Assembly: GCA_965153285.1 (NCBI GenBank)
Contig: OZ229111.1
Origin: Podarcis tiliguerta
Lineage: Eukaryota
Strand: one strand, 5' to 3'
DNA: 64,000 bases
The position numbers and the translations under genes were made by a program. The notes beneath the pieces were generated by a model. The model did not search any database, was not told where the DNA came from, and saw only the letters and a list, made by a program, of their open reading frames with translations. Positions 1-12,137 of this stretch are shown here, one piece after another (position 1 is the first letter of the stretch; every line of letters begins with the position of its first letter).

Positions 1-90
1 TTTCATAAGTTGTTTATTAATTATGAAGGTTATTTTATTACTATTATTAAAATTTGTATACTGTCCTATACCTGTAGGTCTCTGAATGTG

Positions 91-310
91 GAGTGTGACA
101 CAGTGGTCAGAGTTCTAGACTAGATCCTCAGAGAGATGGTTTCAAATTTCCACTGAGGCATAAAGCTTACTGAGTAATTGTGCACAAGTCATCTTCTTTG
201 AGTCTAACCTAGCTCACAGGGATGCTGTGAGGATAAAATTGAGGGTGCGAGAGAGGAAGCATATATGCTGCCCTGAGATCCTTGGAGGAAGAGCAGGATG
301 AAAATACAAC
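91..310 (+). mobile_element. tRNA-derived MIR/Ther1-like squamate SINE (Squam3-like)
   Basis: A/B-box-like head (CAGTGGTCAGAG...GGTTTCAAAT) and core CTAACCTAGCTCACAGGGATGCTGTGAGGATAAAAT...CCCTGAGATCCTTGGAGGAAG. Family name is from memory of the consensus. Confidence 0.7.
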
Positions 311-344
311 TGCTACTGCTATTATTATTATTAATAAAAAATAT

Positions 345-437
345 TTTACTAATTGATGCTTAAAGTTATCTATCAATTTGCCGAACCCTCTTTTAAAGCA
401 ATCCAGGCTAGTGGTCATCACCATATCTTTGGCAGCA
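345..437 (-). mobile_element. CR1 LINE 3' fragment
   Basis: AATTTGCCGAACCCTCTTTTAAAGCAATCCAGGCTAGTGGTCATCACCATATC is the reverse complement of a CR1 ORF2-end segment also seen near 25800-25880. Confidence 0.5.
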
Positions 438-1059
438 TGCTAAGAGACACCATGTAAACCTACAGAAGTCCCCCCCCCCCCGGTAATTCTTAGGATGCTT
501 GCACATGTTAAGAATTTGTTTCGTTTTATACAAGACACACCATTATGTAAGTGATGTGTAAGGCAATAATTTGGCAAGGGAGAAAGGAAAGGGGATTTTG
601 ATTGTGCTGAAATGTTTGATCGAAGTATCATATTGGGGGAGTTCTGTGTTGCTGGTTTAAAAAAGTATTTGTTCCTAACTGGCAGCATGTCAAGTCAATT
701 TTGAACATGTGAAAGTATTTTTTAATTAAAGTTACTGAGGTGCCCCATAAGAACAAGTGATTGAGGAGTTTTGCTGAAATAAAACCATTTAATATTTGCT
801 TAAGCCTCACTACTGGGAAGAGACCATGGAAACAACACAAGAAGGGATATCTGTGATTGGATCTCTTCAGGATTGTTGGTTTTATTTTAAAAGGCCTGAT
901 TTGGATCTGAAATACAGCACAGGGGAAAAAGGCTTTAATTCTCTCCCCACCCCCACCCCCATTTTCTTAATAGCTATGGGGTAGAGTGGGGGGGAGCAAT
1001 TTGGATTATTTGCCATGCAGAGCAAAGCATACAGTAACCATATGTCAGGCTGATGGTAG

Positions 1060-1270
1060 TATTAGGGGGACAATCTGAAGTGGGAAAAGGAAGGAAATTG
1101 GTCTTACCATGAATTTCTGTTTGAAGAGTGGACTGGCAGACATTCGGTTAACAGGTTAATTCCTCTAGTTAACGAACGTCCGCCAGTCCACTCATGCAAA
1201 TAGGGAGGGGAAGAGATGCTTAAAAAAACCAATGTTCCCTCCACTGCCTGATTCAGTTCCTTCCATGAAC
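1060..1270. repeat. Palindromic MITE-like element with near-perfect central hairpin (1126-1193)
   Basis: GAGTGGACTGGCAGACATTCG...CGAACGTCCGCCAGTCCACTC, with weaker outer arms (GGAAGGAAATTGGT / ACCAATGTTCCCTCC). Confidence 0.6.
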
Positions 1271-1499
1271 TAAATTTACTATTAAAAAGGGGGTCAGTCC
1301 AATCATGGATCTTGTGTCATCTTGTCTTTTTGCACCGTTTCAAGGATTTTAAAAATATTTGAATGTTGAACAGCACTGTTTCCTAACCAATGTTAAGAAG
1401 TGTGAATAAACAACTCCTTATTTCATTGAATATGTTTTAGACAGAAATATATTTCAGAGGCTGTAGTGATATTTGCTTTAAATTGAGTTTTATAAAAAC

Positions 1500-1519
1500 G
1501 TGTGTGTGTGTGTGTGTGT
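1500..1519. repeat. (TG)n microsatellite
   Basis: Seen directly. Confidence 0.9.
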
Positions 1520-3388
1520 GGTTGAGAGAGCATTAAATGCTTACAAATGTCAAAGTCTAGATTTTCACACAAAAAGAGAGGCACAACATGATCCAGATAT
1601 CTTCCCTGACTACAGTACACACTGATTGTCTGGATTTGCCAAACAAATGGGTGTCACTGCTATCACCAACTGTGGTAGCCCCTACTGAATGCCCTACTGA
1701 AGGGGTCTAAATTTAGATTTCCTCCCTCGGGGGGGGGACTCCTCTTAGATGACTGGTGCTGTTAAAACTGACAGTGGCTGCATCGGAAGCTGTCTTGCAA
1801 ATCTGGCTTGTTTGGAAGTCATTAGTCATAGTCCCTGCTTCACATGTAACAGGAAACCATGGTCTGTTTTTGCCACTCATGTGAAGAGTAGAACAAAGTG
1901 ACAGCAAAGGACATATCCTAGTTTATTAAACTGGGATCTGATTGTGCAAAAGTGGCGAGTTTGACTTGCATCTGTGGCTCCATTCCCCAAGGGGAAAGTG
2001 CACACACAGATGCAGATTCTGGACATGGAAATCCAGCAAGGGGGACGGCTTTTCTGCAAAGGGGACTCAGTCTAGAAAGGATCTGCATATGCCTAAATCT
2101 GCTGGAGGACATGGACAGGAATGTTTTCATTTCCTGCTCAGATTTCAGGTACCTTTTGCTAGCAACAGTAAATCTAACCTGTATGCCATTACTGTGTATG
2201 AGAAATTGAAACATGACAGCTCTTCTAAACTCGGAGAAGGACCAGCCACCACAAATCAATATGCACAATATGCAAAATTTTCTTTTTCTCCCTAAAAATC
2301 CAATCAAGTAAATCATGGTTTTCAAATTGCTGAGTCACAAAACCCCGGGAGAAAACATGTAAAATGGCTAAGAAACAGTAAAACAATACAACAGTGACAG
2401 AGCTGGCTCACAAGATCTTACACCACAACAAAATACTGCCTGTTCCTTAATCCTAACTCTTTCTTCCTCACCATGTGAATGACACAGCACAATGAAAACA
2501 TCAGAAAATATCTGTCCGACATTAACTCGGAAGTAACTGCAAGGGTGGCTGAGTTTTTATCAATATTATCTCTCAGGGTGGTGAATAGCACTATTTAGCA
2601 GGAAGAAACTCCAACAAAAATTCTCATTATTACATATTTTTACATGGCTGTTTATTTGTATATATTTTAAAATTTTATATGTGGATGTTTTATGATGGCC
2701 TATATTTGTAATGCCTAATAAAGGTTTGGCGAATGAAGGAAGGATGACAATGAGCTACATACAGGGAAATATGGACATTTGTGGCAAAGCTATTTTTGCT
2801 TTTGTTGGCATGTGCTGTGAACATATGTTATTAAGAAGTCAGCACTAACATCAACATAAAATGATGATTGCATATTGTTGCTGTGTAACCTGCACTGAAT
2901 TAAAACAGGACTCGGAGAGACTCACACAAATTCTGTAGAAATGAATGCAAATAGTGCAGCAGTTTGCATTCTACTGTCATAAACCAATTGACCATTCTAC
3001 TTCCAGCACATAGGCAGGGGTGAAAAAGAGGCCAACAGCAAAGCAAGTCATGCAGAGGTAACAGGATAACATTAGGAACACAGGCTTATGCTGTGCTACA
3101 GGAAATTTCTCTGAAGGGAACAACAGTTTTAGAAGGTGCCAGAAGGCATTAAAAAGCCAATGTTAAACTAGATCCCCCCACCTCCGGATCTCTGGGATGG
3201 TGGAGGGGCTTTGTGGTATAGCTTTTTTGTGTGTGGTATGGCTTTTTTATGCATGTATGCTAGGAATACAGGGAAGATAATATTTTCCATTTAATACAAC
3301 ATTTTCTCCTGCCACACACGGGCACTTATATGGAAATAAACCCATGAAAAAATGCTGAGTAATACACAGAATGTGCTCTAGCCCTTAC

Positions 3389-3570
3389 CCGTTTATCTAT
3401 CTCTCCATGTTGCAGCTGAACAAAGCGGGCACTGATAGCAGCTATGTAACTCTGTTGATTAGAAAATGCAACACGCCCAGCTCCTTTTGGGTACTTCAGC
3501 TCAGGATCTGTGTCAATTCCAGCATAGCAAACTCCTCCATACAGCCGGTCCATTATCATTGCAAGCTCCA
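3389..3570 (-). CDS. CPEB4: CPEB4 exon 9 (182 nt, VELAMIMDRLYGG...QHGEIDKR), RRM2
   Basis: Inside ORF 3326..3571. Acceptor TTTATTTTAG|TG, donor CGG|GTAAGG. The terminal ZZ-box exon is not in 1-3388, so it lies outside the window. Confidence 0.97.
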
Positions 3571-3818
3571 CTAAAATAAAGTAGTAACAAATGATTTACC
3601 CAGATATTTTATATACATACTTCTCTTTCTAGACCCTGGGCAAAAGCATGTTTATTTGTACTCTTGTATCTGGAAATAATTGGAGTGTCAGCAAAAGTTA
3701 AATTTAGCAAGCACTGGCATACTTCTACAATAGAAATAAGGACACAATGTTCTCTCACAGCAGTAAGGCAGCTTGGATAGAATCAACGAGCCACTGCACT
3801 TGTTTTTGCATACCATAC

Positions 3819-3933
3819 CTGCCCGTAAGGGTCGTGGAACTCCTCCTACAAAAATGGTTTTCCGCGGGTCTAGAGGCTGTGAGCCATCCATCACAAAGTC
3901 ACTATCGCTAAGATTCCAAGGCCGGATTTGAAC
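3819..3933 (-). CDS. CPEB4: CPEB4 exon 8 (115 nt, VQIRPWNLSDSDFVMDGSQPLDPRKTIFVGGVPRPLRA), RRM1-RRM2
   Basis: Acceptor TCTGCTTGTAG|GT, donor GCAG|GTATGG. Confidence 0.97.
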
Positions 3934-4343
3934 CTACAAGCAGAAGATGAGACTTTACCACTCACAATTCAAGTTGACAGTCGAATTATCCCACCACCAC
4001 CCTGCCCTGGAGCATGCACATCATTAAGATGTTACAACAACAGTGTTTCCTGCATGTCACATCCATGGGATTTTAGAGGCTACTTTCCTAGCAATCATTC
4101 TAATCTAGCCAAGCAATAACAAAGCCAGGTTTCACATATGGAATTTCTGAAGCAGGAGCATAATAGGCTACCAGGGTGGAGAGAGGGCACTCCTCAAGGA
4201 AGCAGCTTGCACAGTCCACATGTCTGTCTAAGAAAGATGAACCACCATGTCCTTTACTCAGATACGGCTCAGTCATCACAACAAACCTCTGTCCACACAT
4301 TAAATTATTCAGAAGTGAAGGACTATGGGGAGGGGGATGTACA

Positions 4344-4396
4344 GTGTATATGCGTGTGTGTGTGCGTGCGTGCGCACACACACGCACGCACACACG
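4344..4396. repeat. 53-nt alternating purine-pyrimidine tract (GT/GC/CA), self-complementary
   Basis: GTGTATATGCGTGTGTGTGTGCGTGCGTGCGCACACACACGCACGCACACACG. Confidence 0.9.
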
Positions 4397-5009
4397 AGTG
4401 CATTACTTGTGACAAATGGGCTAGTCCTCAGCATTACCCTTGAACAGATAAACAGCCACATCCAGCCAGTGGCCCATGCTCCTGCCATGCAGACCAATGA
4501 TTATAGGTGGGTGGGGCTGCCCACCCATCAATCACCTGACATAATTATGGCAACTATAAAGCATCTTGCTGTAACCTCCAGTCAGCTGGTTGATAGTTAT
4601 AGCAAGGCCTATTGAAGTCTATTTGCAGACATGGTTGGATTCATACTGAAGTGGGAGTTAGATCTCCGCTTGTGAGAAAACAGATTAAGTGGGTCATAGT
4701 ATAGGAGGGTCTCTTTGGGGATGGGGCTATGCTGGAGATCAGATATGAAACGTGGGATTTGGCCCCAAATCAGGTTAGTAAAGACTAGCCAAGTTTGGCC
4801 TAATGCCTGCTATTCTATATTCTGGAATAATTATCTCGACCCTAACCCAAAGAAAAGTGCATATTTATTGAAAAATAATGGTAGTATGTGCTCACGTAGA
4901 AAAAAAAGCATGTATTGCCAACTTATGCCTTGTGAAAATATAGCACTTATGCACCCAATTTCCGTGTACATCTTCTTCCAAATTACACATACCTGACAAT
5001 TCCACCTAC

Positions 5010-5128
5010 CGGTTTGTCTTTAATTGTGGGACTGGAAACACACAGATAGAGTTTTCCATCCTCTTCAATACATGCATCAATCAAAGCCTGCACAGAGCTT
5101 TCATCTTGGAACAGCAAAAATGCATATC
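5010..5128 (-). CDS. CPEB4: CPEB4 exon 7 (119 nt, GYAFLLFQDESSVQALIDACIEEDGKLYLCVSSPTIKDKP), RRM1
   Basis: Inside ORF 4983..5186. Acceptor TCTGCATAG|GA, donor CCG|GTAGGT. Confidence 0.97.
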
Positions 5129-5509
5129 CTATGCAGATAAAGAAACAGAGGCAAGCATTGCAAAAATTCTGTGAGATTCTGAGCATTGAAGTTATCTACT
5201 TAGGCTCTACATAACCAAGATGAACGAACCTTAGCTCATATTTGGGGAATATGAAGATTTTTTGGAGAAGCAGTTGGAAAAGCTCTGATCAAAACAAATT
5301 GCCTTTATTAATAAGTGTGGGAGCAGGCTACAAGAGCCAAAGTTTCCTACATTTCTTGGCCACAACTTCAATGGCAAACTCCCCATACAGTATATGTTGT
5401 AACACATAACCTTTTGTCATTCAAAGTGAAAGATTTAAGTGGAACAAGGAACAGGGGGTGAGGGGAGAGAAGTTAAAGCAAAGATGGAGAACCTATGGCT
5501 CTCTAAGAA

Positions 5510-5621
5510 TGGTATTCAACTAAGTTTAATTCAAATTGGGCATGATAAAATAAATGGGCATAACTTAGTCAAGTTGATTAATTTCAGTGAATCTACTTTG
5601 AGTAAAATGTAGCTGAACACC
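5510..5621. mobile_element. Short palindromic MITE
   Basis: Terminal inverted repeats GGTATTCAACTA / TAGCTGAACACC with inner TTCAAA / TTTGAG. Confidence 0.5.
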
Positions 5622-5626
5622 CCCCC

Positions 5627-5739
5627 CCCAGATGTTGGGCTACAGCTTCTATTATCCCTGACCAGTGGCTATGCCATCGGGGGGCTAATGACAGCTAGAG
5701 TCCAGTAACATTTGGAGGGCCACAGATTCCCTGTTTCTG
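5627..5739. mobile_element. Degenerate hAT-type MITE, same family as 22366-22501
   Basis: CCAGATGTTGGGCTACAGCTTCTATTATCCCTG...CATTTGGAGGGCCACAGATTCCC. Confidence 0.55.
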
Positions 5740-6144
5740 GATTAAATAAAGCAAGTAATTTACTGAATGGGAGCAGAAATAAAAATAATCTTAAACTATG
5801 ACTAAATAGAGCACTCTTATCTACAGCCCAACTAAAGTATTCAAAGTACAACAGGGTCTTAGAGCAATAGCAGCAATGAAGAACAATTTCAAACAAACTA
5901 AAGGTACAGAGAATAATACTAAAAAAAAATCCATAATCTGCAACCTTACTGTGCCCACATAATAGGAAAATATTGTGTATCTTAGTGGATTGTGTTGGGC
6001 TTGAACCAAGAGAGCTGGGTTCAAATCCCAGCTCAGTTGTGATGTTCAATAGGTGAAACAAGATGTCACCAGATCACAGTTAACCTGCGCTCTTCTGAGG
6101 AAGGACGGGACACAAAATGTAACATATAAAATACTAAGTGTTAC

Positions 6145-6234
6145 CTTTAGGAGGAAAATAGGACTTGCTTTCAGCCTTGTGAGGCCAATCCACAATCAAA
6201 GGGCCAAAGCGGCGAAAGCTAGCGGTGATCTCAT
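6145..6234 (-). CDS. CPEB4: CPEB4 exon 6 (90 nt, DEITASFRRFGPLIVDWPHKAESKSYFPPK-G), RRM1
   Basis: Hand-translated. Acceptor TTTTCCCTCTGACCTGCAG|AT, donor AAAG|GTAACA. Confidence 0.97.
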
Positions 6235-7252
6235 CTGCAGGTCAGAGGGAAAAGCAAGTATTAAAACACCACATCATACAGTGATTTCAGGTAAGTTGGT
6301 CTAGCCCACAAGTATTTTCTGTAATGCTAACAGACAGAGAGCTGATGATATTTTTATTGTTTAAAAGGAAGGCTTGACAAGTCAAAACATATGTCTAATA
6401 ATGAAGAAAACAGTTCAGATACTGAAGCTGTGTGTTTTAGATTACAAATAAAGATTTGCAGCAAGCCACTCAAAGGAGCGAAATCACTGAACCTAAACAG
6501 CTACCAGATCCTAGCTTCAGGCATTCTCCCACAGCTAGCGTGCAGAGTCTGAATCAGAGTGCAGAGCAGTCTGCTCTGCAAGCTGCTTTGCAAAACGCTG
6601 GGAGAAAGAGAAAAGAATATCACACGGTCTAGTCATGCCTGCTCACATCACATGCTTATGCCACATCTGTGCACATTATCTGAGCTTGACCTCCGACTAA
6701 CTTCGGCAGGGCTTCTAGAAAGCAGTTATGTAATAGCCATAGAGACGAGGATGCAGACAGTATGCACAGAACACATTAACAGAAAGCAATTGCTGCAGCC
6801 ATTTCAAAGCCTCCTTCCATTTCAAAATTCAGATCAGGTGACTTACATACTGGCTAATATTACACAAATCTAACTACTGTGCAGCTCATGTTAACAACAG
6901 CAGATAGAGAATTCTTAAAGTCAGTCTAATTTTAAAACAAACTCATAATTAAAGCTATTTAAAGGAAGAAAATTTAGTGTTTCTCTATAACACAGTATCT
7001 GAATAAATAAAATATATGTGATCTACCCACTTCCATTCATTTACTATTTTCCTTAAATCCCTCTCAAACTATCCTCTGGATTTCAACATGTGTCAGGATT
7101 TCTTTCCCCAAAAGCAAATGATCTCTGACCCAGTCACAAGCCTCCCAGATACTTTAATGCACATGCAAGCAACAGAAGTGCTAAAGAGATATTGGGACAT
7201 TGCTTGCAGCTTACTAAGAACTGTTTTTCCAAATTAACAGAATTTGAAAATA

Positions 7253-7516
7253 CAGTGGTGCCTCGCAAGACGAAATTAATTCGTTCTGCGAGTTTTTTCG
7301 TCTTGTGAATTTTTTCGTCTTGCGAAGCACCACTGTGTATTGACGGTTTCCCATAGGAATGCATTGCCGGTTTTTTAAAAAAGGCGCAAGACGTTTTCGT
7401 CTTGCGAATCAAGCCCATAGGGAAATTCGTTTTGCGCAGCAACTCAAAAAATGAAAGACTCTTTCGTCCTGCGAGTTTTTCGTCTTGCGAGGCATTCGTC
7501 TTGCAAGGTACCACCG
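7253..7516. mobile_element. Tigger/pogo-like (Tc1-mariner) MITE, 264 bp, TA target duplication
   Basis: TA|CAGTGGTGCCTCGCAAGACGAA ... TTCGTCTTGCAAGGTACCACCG|TA. About 7 internal TTCGTCTTGCGA repeats. CpGs largely intact. Confidence 0.9.
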
Positions 7517-8381
7517 TAGTATTTTAGAGTTAGCTATCCCAAAGAAAGTAATGTAAATTATTGTTTAAAATGAGGCATTATTTTGTTCTTATAACTAATT
7601 ACCTAGAGGGATCTATTATTTATTTATTATCAACTTACTGCCTTCTACACAAATGTTTCAAGGCAATGCACAATAAAAATAGCAAAAAGCATTTAAAAAC
7701 AACATATATATTTTATAAACCAAAACCAACCATGAACAATACAAAAGCGATACCCATGGCAGAGACCCATTCAGCTAAAGAAACTCATCCATGGTTGTCC
7801 ATCTACTTAAACCCTGTTTTCAAATGAAAGCCTATACTGCAGTAACTCTCACCCTATTAGGCACACCCCCAACAGTGTTTATTATGCTTAAAACAGATTT
7901 GAGGTGTAGGAATAATTCATTCCCCCTATGAAATATACAGTGGTTACAAAAAGGCAGTGCCTTGTGTATTGCTCCCTAAAACAATTGAAGCACTGCACTC
8001 CACTTCTAAGTCAGACACTGATCTAAATTTGTGCCTGTATTAATGGCTTTAACATAAAGTCTTAAGCACAGCCATCTCCAAAATAAAAGACCTTCATAAA
8101 GAGTTTTATGATGTCATTCAACATAATATGCAACTAACGGAACTAGATGGAAAGAAAACCTATCGCATGAGCTGTCCAGCTCATAACTCCTTATCCTCAC
8201 AGTTCATAACCCAGCAGCTTGCATATTTGGCAGCTCATAGCTTAGGTAATTATTTTTACAGCCCCCCCAAAAATTGCACATAGCCAAGACATGAGGGTCC
8301 ACCCCTCCCATGTGTCACAATTAAGCCTTGGCCCTTATGGTTAATGTGGGTATTCTTGGCTATACTGATGTCCAAGTATAC

Positions 8382-8555
8382 CTTCATCAATATCAGGTGG
8401 CAAACCACCTACAAACACCTTGCGGGAGTACCGTTCCACTCGCTCGCCATTCTGGTGGGAAAAGCAGTGTGGTGATCCCAAGCCACTATGGAGCGTCTGA
8501 TCCCCACGTCCATCATCCAAAAACCCATCTTCCATTGGGAACAGTGAAGACTGAC
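8382..8555 (-). CDS. CPEB4: CPEB4 exon 5 (174 nt, GQSSLFPMEDG...RKVFVGGLPPDIDE), start of RRM1
   Basis: Inside ORF 8341..8658. Acceptor TTTTCCACTGTAG|GT, donor GAAG|GTATAC. Confidence 0.97.
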
Positions 8556-9334
8556 CTACAGTGGAAAAGAGGGGGGAAATGCAAAACATACTAACAGAAG
8601 AAAATTCTATTTGGATAGATACAATTATTTCATTAATATCAACTGCTACATCAGACATGTCAGTGCATTTTCCCTTCTGCGTACATAATTAACAGTAACA
8701 TTAACTACATGTCTTTCTTACTCCTACAGCCTGACCTCTTGGTATACGAAGATGCCCTGTTAATGCTATCTATGAAACAAAATAGGAAAACTTCATTTTA
8801 ATAATTCAATATTTTTTTCTGTCAACTGTTATGCAGGCAGCTCAAGGTAATGTACGATAATATAATACAACCACAATCAAAATCATTAAATGGCTAATCT
8901 CTACCGTCAATTTATCTCCCAATTCTCTTCTCAACACACACCAAACTGAATATTTTTCAAACATATGCTACAAAAAAATGCTTTATCAAATATATTAAGA
9001 ATAATTTTGGTGCCTTTCCTCAATATCGTATGAAGAATGCTGTGGCATTGCAAGTTGCAAGATTTCAGCTAACCCCATATAACTGCATAGTTCAGATGAA
9101 GTGAAATATCCCACATCTAATTTACACTTTAATCTCAGAGACTTGAAATCATGAACAGTCACAATGTGACAGTAGTAGTAAAATATCCTACCAAACAAAT
9201 ACTCCCCTCCCCAAATCTGAAATTCTTTAGCCCTAGTTTTTACTGACACAGTAAACCAACTAATGCTGTAACTCTTCCTGGAAGTATGAGTTTCATAGGT
9301 CTCATAATGCTTGGCATACAGCATCACATAATTG

Positions 9335-9490
9335 TTAGGTTATTAGACTAGTGCTGGGAAGACCTTGGAGCAGTCTCTCTCTCTTAGCCTAACCTACCTC
9401 ACAAGGCTGCTTTGAGGATAAAATGGGGAAGGAATAACAATGCACGCCTCATTTAACTTCAGGAGGAAAGGCAGAATAAAAACTTAATAC
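9335..9490 (+). mobile_element. Squam3-like SINE, internally deleted copy
   Basis: CTCTTAGCCTAACCTACCTCACAAGGCTGCTTTGAGGATAAAATGG matches the copy at 91-310. Confidence 0.65.
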
Positions 9491-11497
9491 TTGCCCTCAA
9501 CCTTGAAGCAAGTATTACTGTCACCCCTGAATTCTTCTTCAGCTCAGGTTTTATTCTGATCTATAGAATAATTCCTCTTCCATCCAATCAGACTCCCAAA
9601 CTTCTACCCACCCATTCCCTTCTTACCCACTAGCCTATTCCCAAACTTCCTCCTGTGAGCAGCCAGCCAAATTTATTTGCAAAAATCACTGGTCATCACA
9701 AAAGCATAGAAATATACCACCAAAATGAATATTGACCTCAAACGTTATTGAAGTCCTTCCCTTCATCCCCAATGGTGGTATCAGCAAGGAAAGAAGATTT
9801 CCTTCTTCTACCTTCGTAGGTACCTGCGCCACAATTAACCCCTGGAAAATCATTTTTTCCAGTGCCTACCAACATTGTTGTTGGGAAAACTACATTTCCC
9901 TGATTTTGTTATGAGAAGGAGGGAAAGGAAGAGTGAGACGCCCCTCCTTTGCTTTTCCCTGCAGCTTGCTACCACTACTGCCTGAGCCAGAACACCACTA
10001 GTAGATGAGTAAAATCCAGTAAACAAAGGGTAGTTGGCTTAGAAATAAACTGGCTACTTCTCAGCTTATTTCCTAGCCAAGATGAAACAAGCTGAGGCTC
10101 ATCCATCAGTCTTGGCTGTGCCACTACATACGAGAAGTAAGAACTTAAGCAATTGTGTGTTTTTCCATATAAGAAAAGTCCCCACACATATAAGATTAGC
10201 ATGTCAGGGGGAAAGGTTATAGCCTAGCCTTACCCCTAATATGACAGCTTTCAATGTACAATGATGTTTTTGTAGAGGAAACATTTGGTTCTGTGACTCT
10301 TCACTCTTTCAGACTGAAGTGATATAGTCCAGGTACAGATGTATCACCACAGACAGATGTAGACTCTAGGTGGTTTTGTTTCCTAATAGTAACCAGTACC
10401 TTGATGTTATACAAGATTAATGGATTATCTAGGAAAGCCATGTTTCAAGAATCATTCTGCTATTAATTATGTAGGGGTCTCCTTGCTATGGTACTTACTG
10501 TATATGTTACTGTGAAAGTGGTACTTTGTTTCATACCGCTTAACATTCATATAGACAAAACTGATCACTTTAGCACCTGACTTCCTGCATCATTTCAAGA
10601 CAGGCTGGAAACTTGTGTTTCTGGCTAGTGTTCCAGTTTCTTTTAAATTAACATTCACACGGAAGGAAAAAATGTGTTACAATCCCTTTTTGATGAAACA
10701 TCACAGTGCAGTTTTATTTAGAGTACACCAAGATGGTTGAAAACATTGTTCCTTATATACTGAATATGGCAAGCTACACATATTGTCAATGGCACTGTCA
10801 TGCTTTCCTCTATGTGATCATTCAACAAGGGCAGCAACAGGAATGTCATAGGTTCCTTTTGATATGGGAAGTGGCAACTCTAAGGTTCTTGGCTGAAGGG
10901 CTAAAGGGCAGATCGGTGTAAGAAGATCTGCCTCCTCCTCTCAAACGCCTCACCTCTCTGATCAAGGGGTGCCCCCAGAAGTCAAACATGTCAATAAAAT
11001 CTGAGTCACTAATAAACAGTGAACCAGTTTACCACAACCTATCAAAAAAAAACAACTCCTGTTTAGAAGATGAGCACAACAATATTAATCCCATTATCAT
11101 TACCAGCATTCTAGAACATTTGCTTTCTAATGTAATGATCTGAAACCCACTGAAAGGGATGAATTCTCTTTGAAAACTAAATTTGCAGACCCTTTTCCTG
11201 GACTACATATAGCCACTCTTCCTTTTCTTTAGTATTAACTCTCCTTACTACTCTATTCTTATTGCAGAAATGCTTCCCTCACCCCAAGCAAGAAAGTGTT
11301 GAAGAAGCTAAGCAAAGTGGCATGTATTCATGGTTATTTACTCAACATGCAAGTTCAGAGGATGAAGTCCGAGCAATGCAGTTCCCTCATTCCACAAAGC
11401 ACCTAAGTGACTTAATTGCCAGGATCCATTTTCACAAATGACATGAACCCCCCCCCAACTTCAAATTGGGGGCAATCCAGTCAGATGGATGGCATAT

Positions 11498-11507
11498 ATT
11501 ATTATTA

Positions 11508-11538
<31 letters not shown>
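11498..11538. repeat. (TAT)n microsatellite
   Basis: Seen directly. Confidence 0.9.
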
Positions 11539-11540
<2 letters not shown>

Positions 11541-12113
11541 AGCAGCAGCAGCTGAGGAGCTCTTCAAAACACACAATTACAGTTCCAAGGCTCCAGGCAC
11601 CTCTCAGACACAAAGATTTTTAGCTTATTCACAGGAGAGAACCAGAAAAGAAATCTGATTCCACAAGGGCACACTATTTAAGAAGCAGTATTAAATCACC
11701 CATGTCAGAGTGCATATGATAACCATTGTCTTTTTCCTATTACAGTGCATCGTGGCCAAAGTCACCTTTGAAAAATAGACCTGGAGCCCAAGTCACTTAG
11801 GTGCTTTTCTAAGCAACAACCACCCACACATAAGGTCAGACCTACATATATATTATATAGTCTACACTGTAGTAACACTGATTGACGCCTCCTCGTCCCC
11901 ATGCCTCAGTATAACTATCCTAATTCTGCCTAGGTAGTCTTAATTTTGGGAGCCACTACATTAAGTTACTAAAGGTTACCACAGCATGCAAATTGAGGAA
12001 GCCTGGCTTTTTTAAAAAAAACTGCTTCCAGTCCTCCTTACAGAAGCAGATTGTGCATTAGCTGTGCCATGAGACATTTTAAACATCAGAAAATTAAAGA
12101 GGAATGTTGTTAC

Positions 12114-12137
12114 CTCGCCTTCTCCCATATGTCCTTG
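12114..12137 (-). CDS. CPEB4: CPEB4 24-nt microexon (mammalian exon 4), ARTYGRRR
   Basis: TTTTTCTTCTCATTTGACATGCAG|CAAGGACATATGGGAGAAGGCGAG|GTAACA. Phase 1-1, encodes the known 8-aa ARTYGRRR. Confidence 0.97.
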
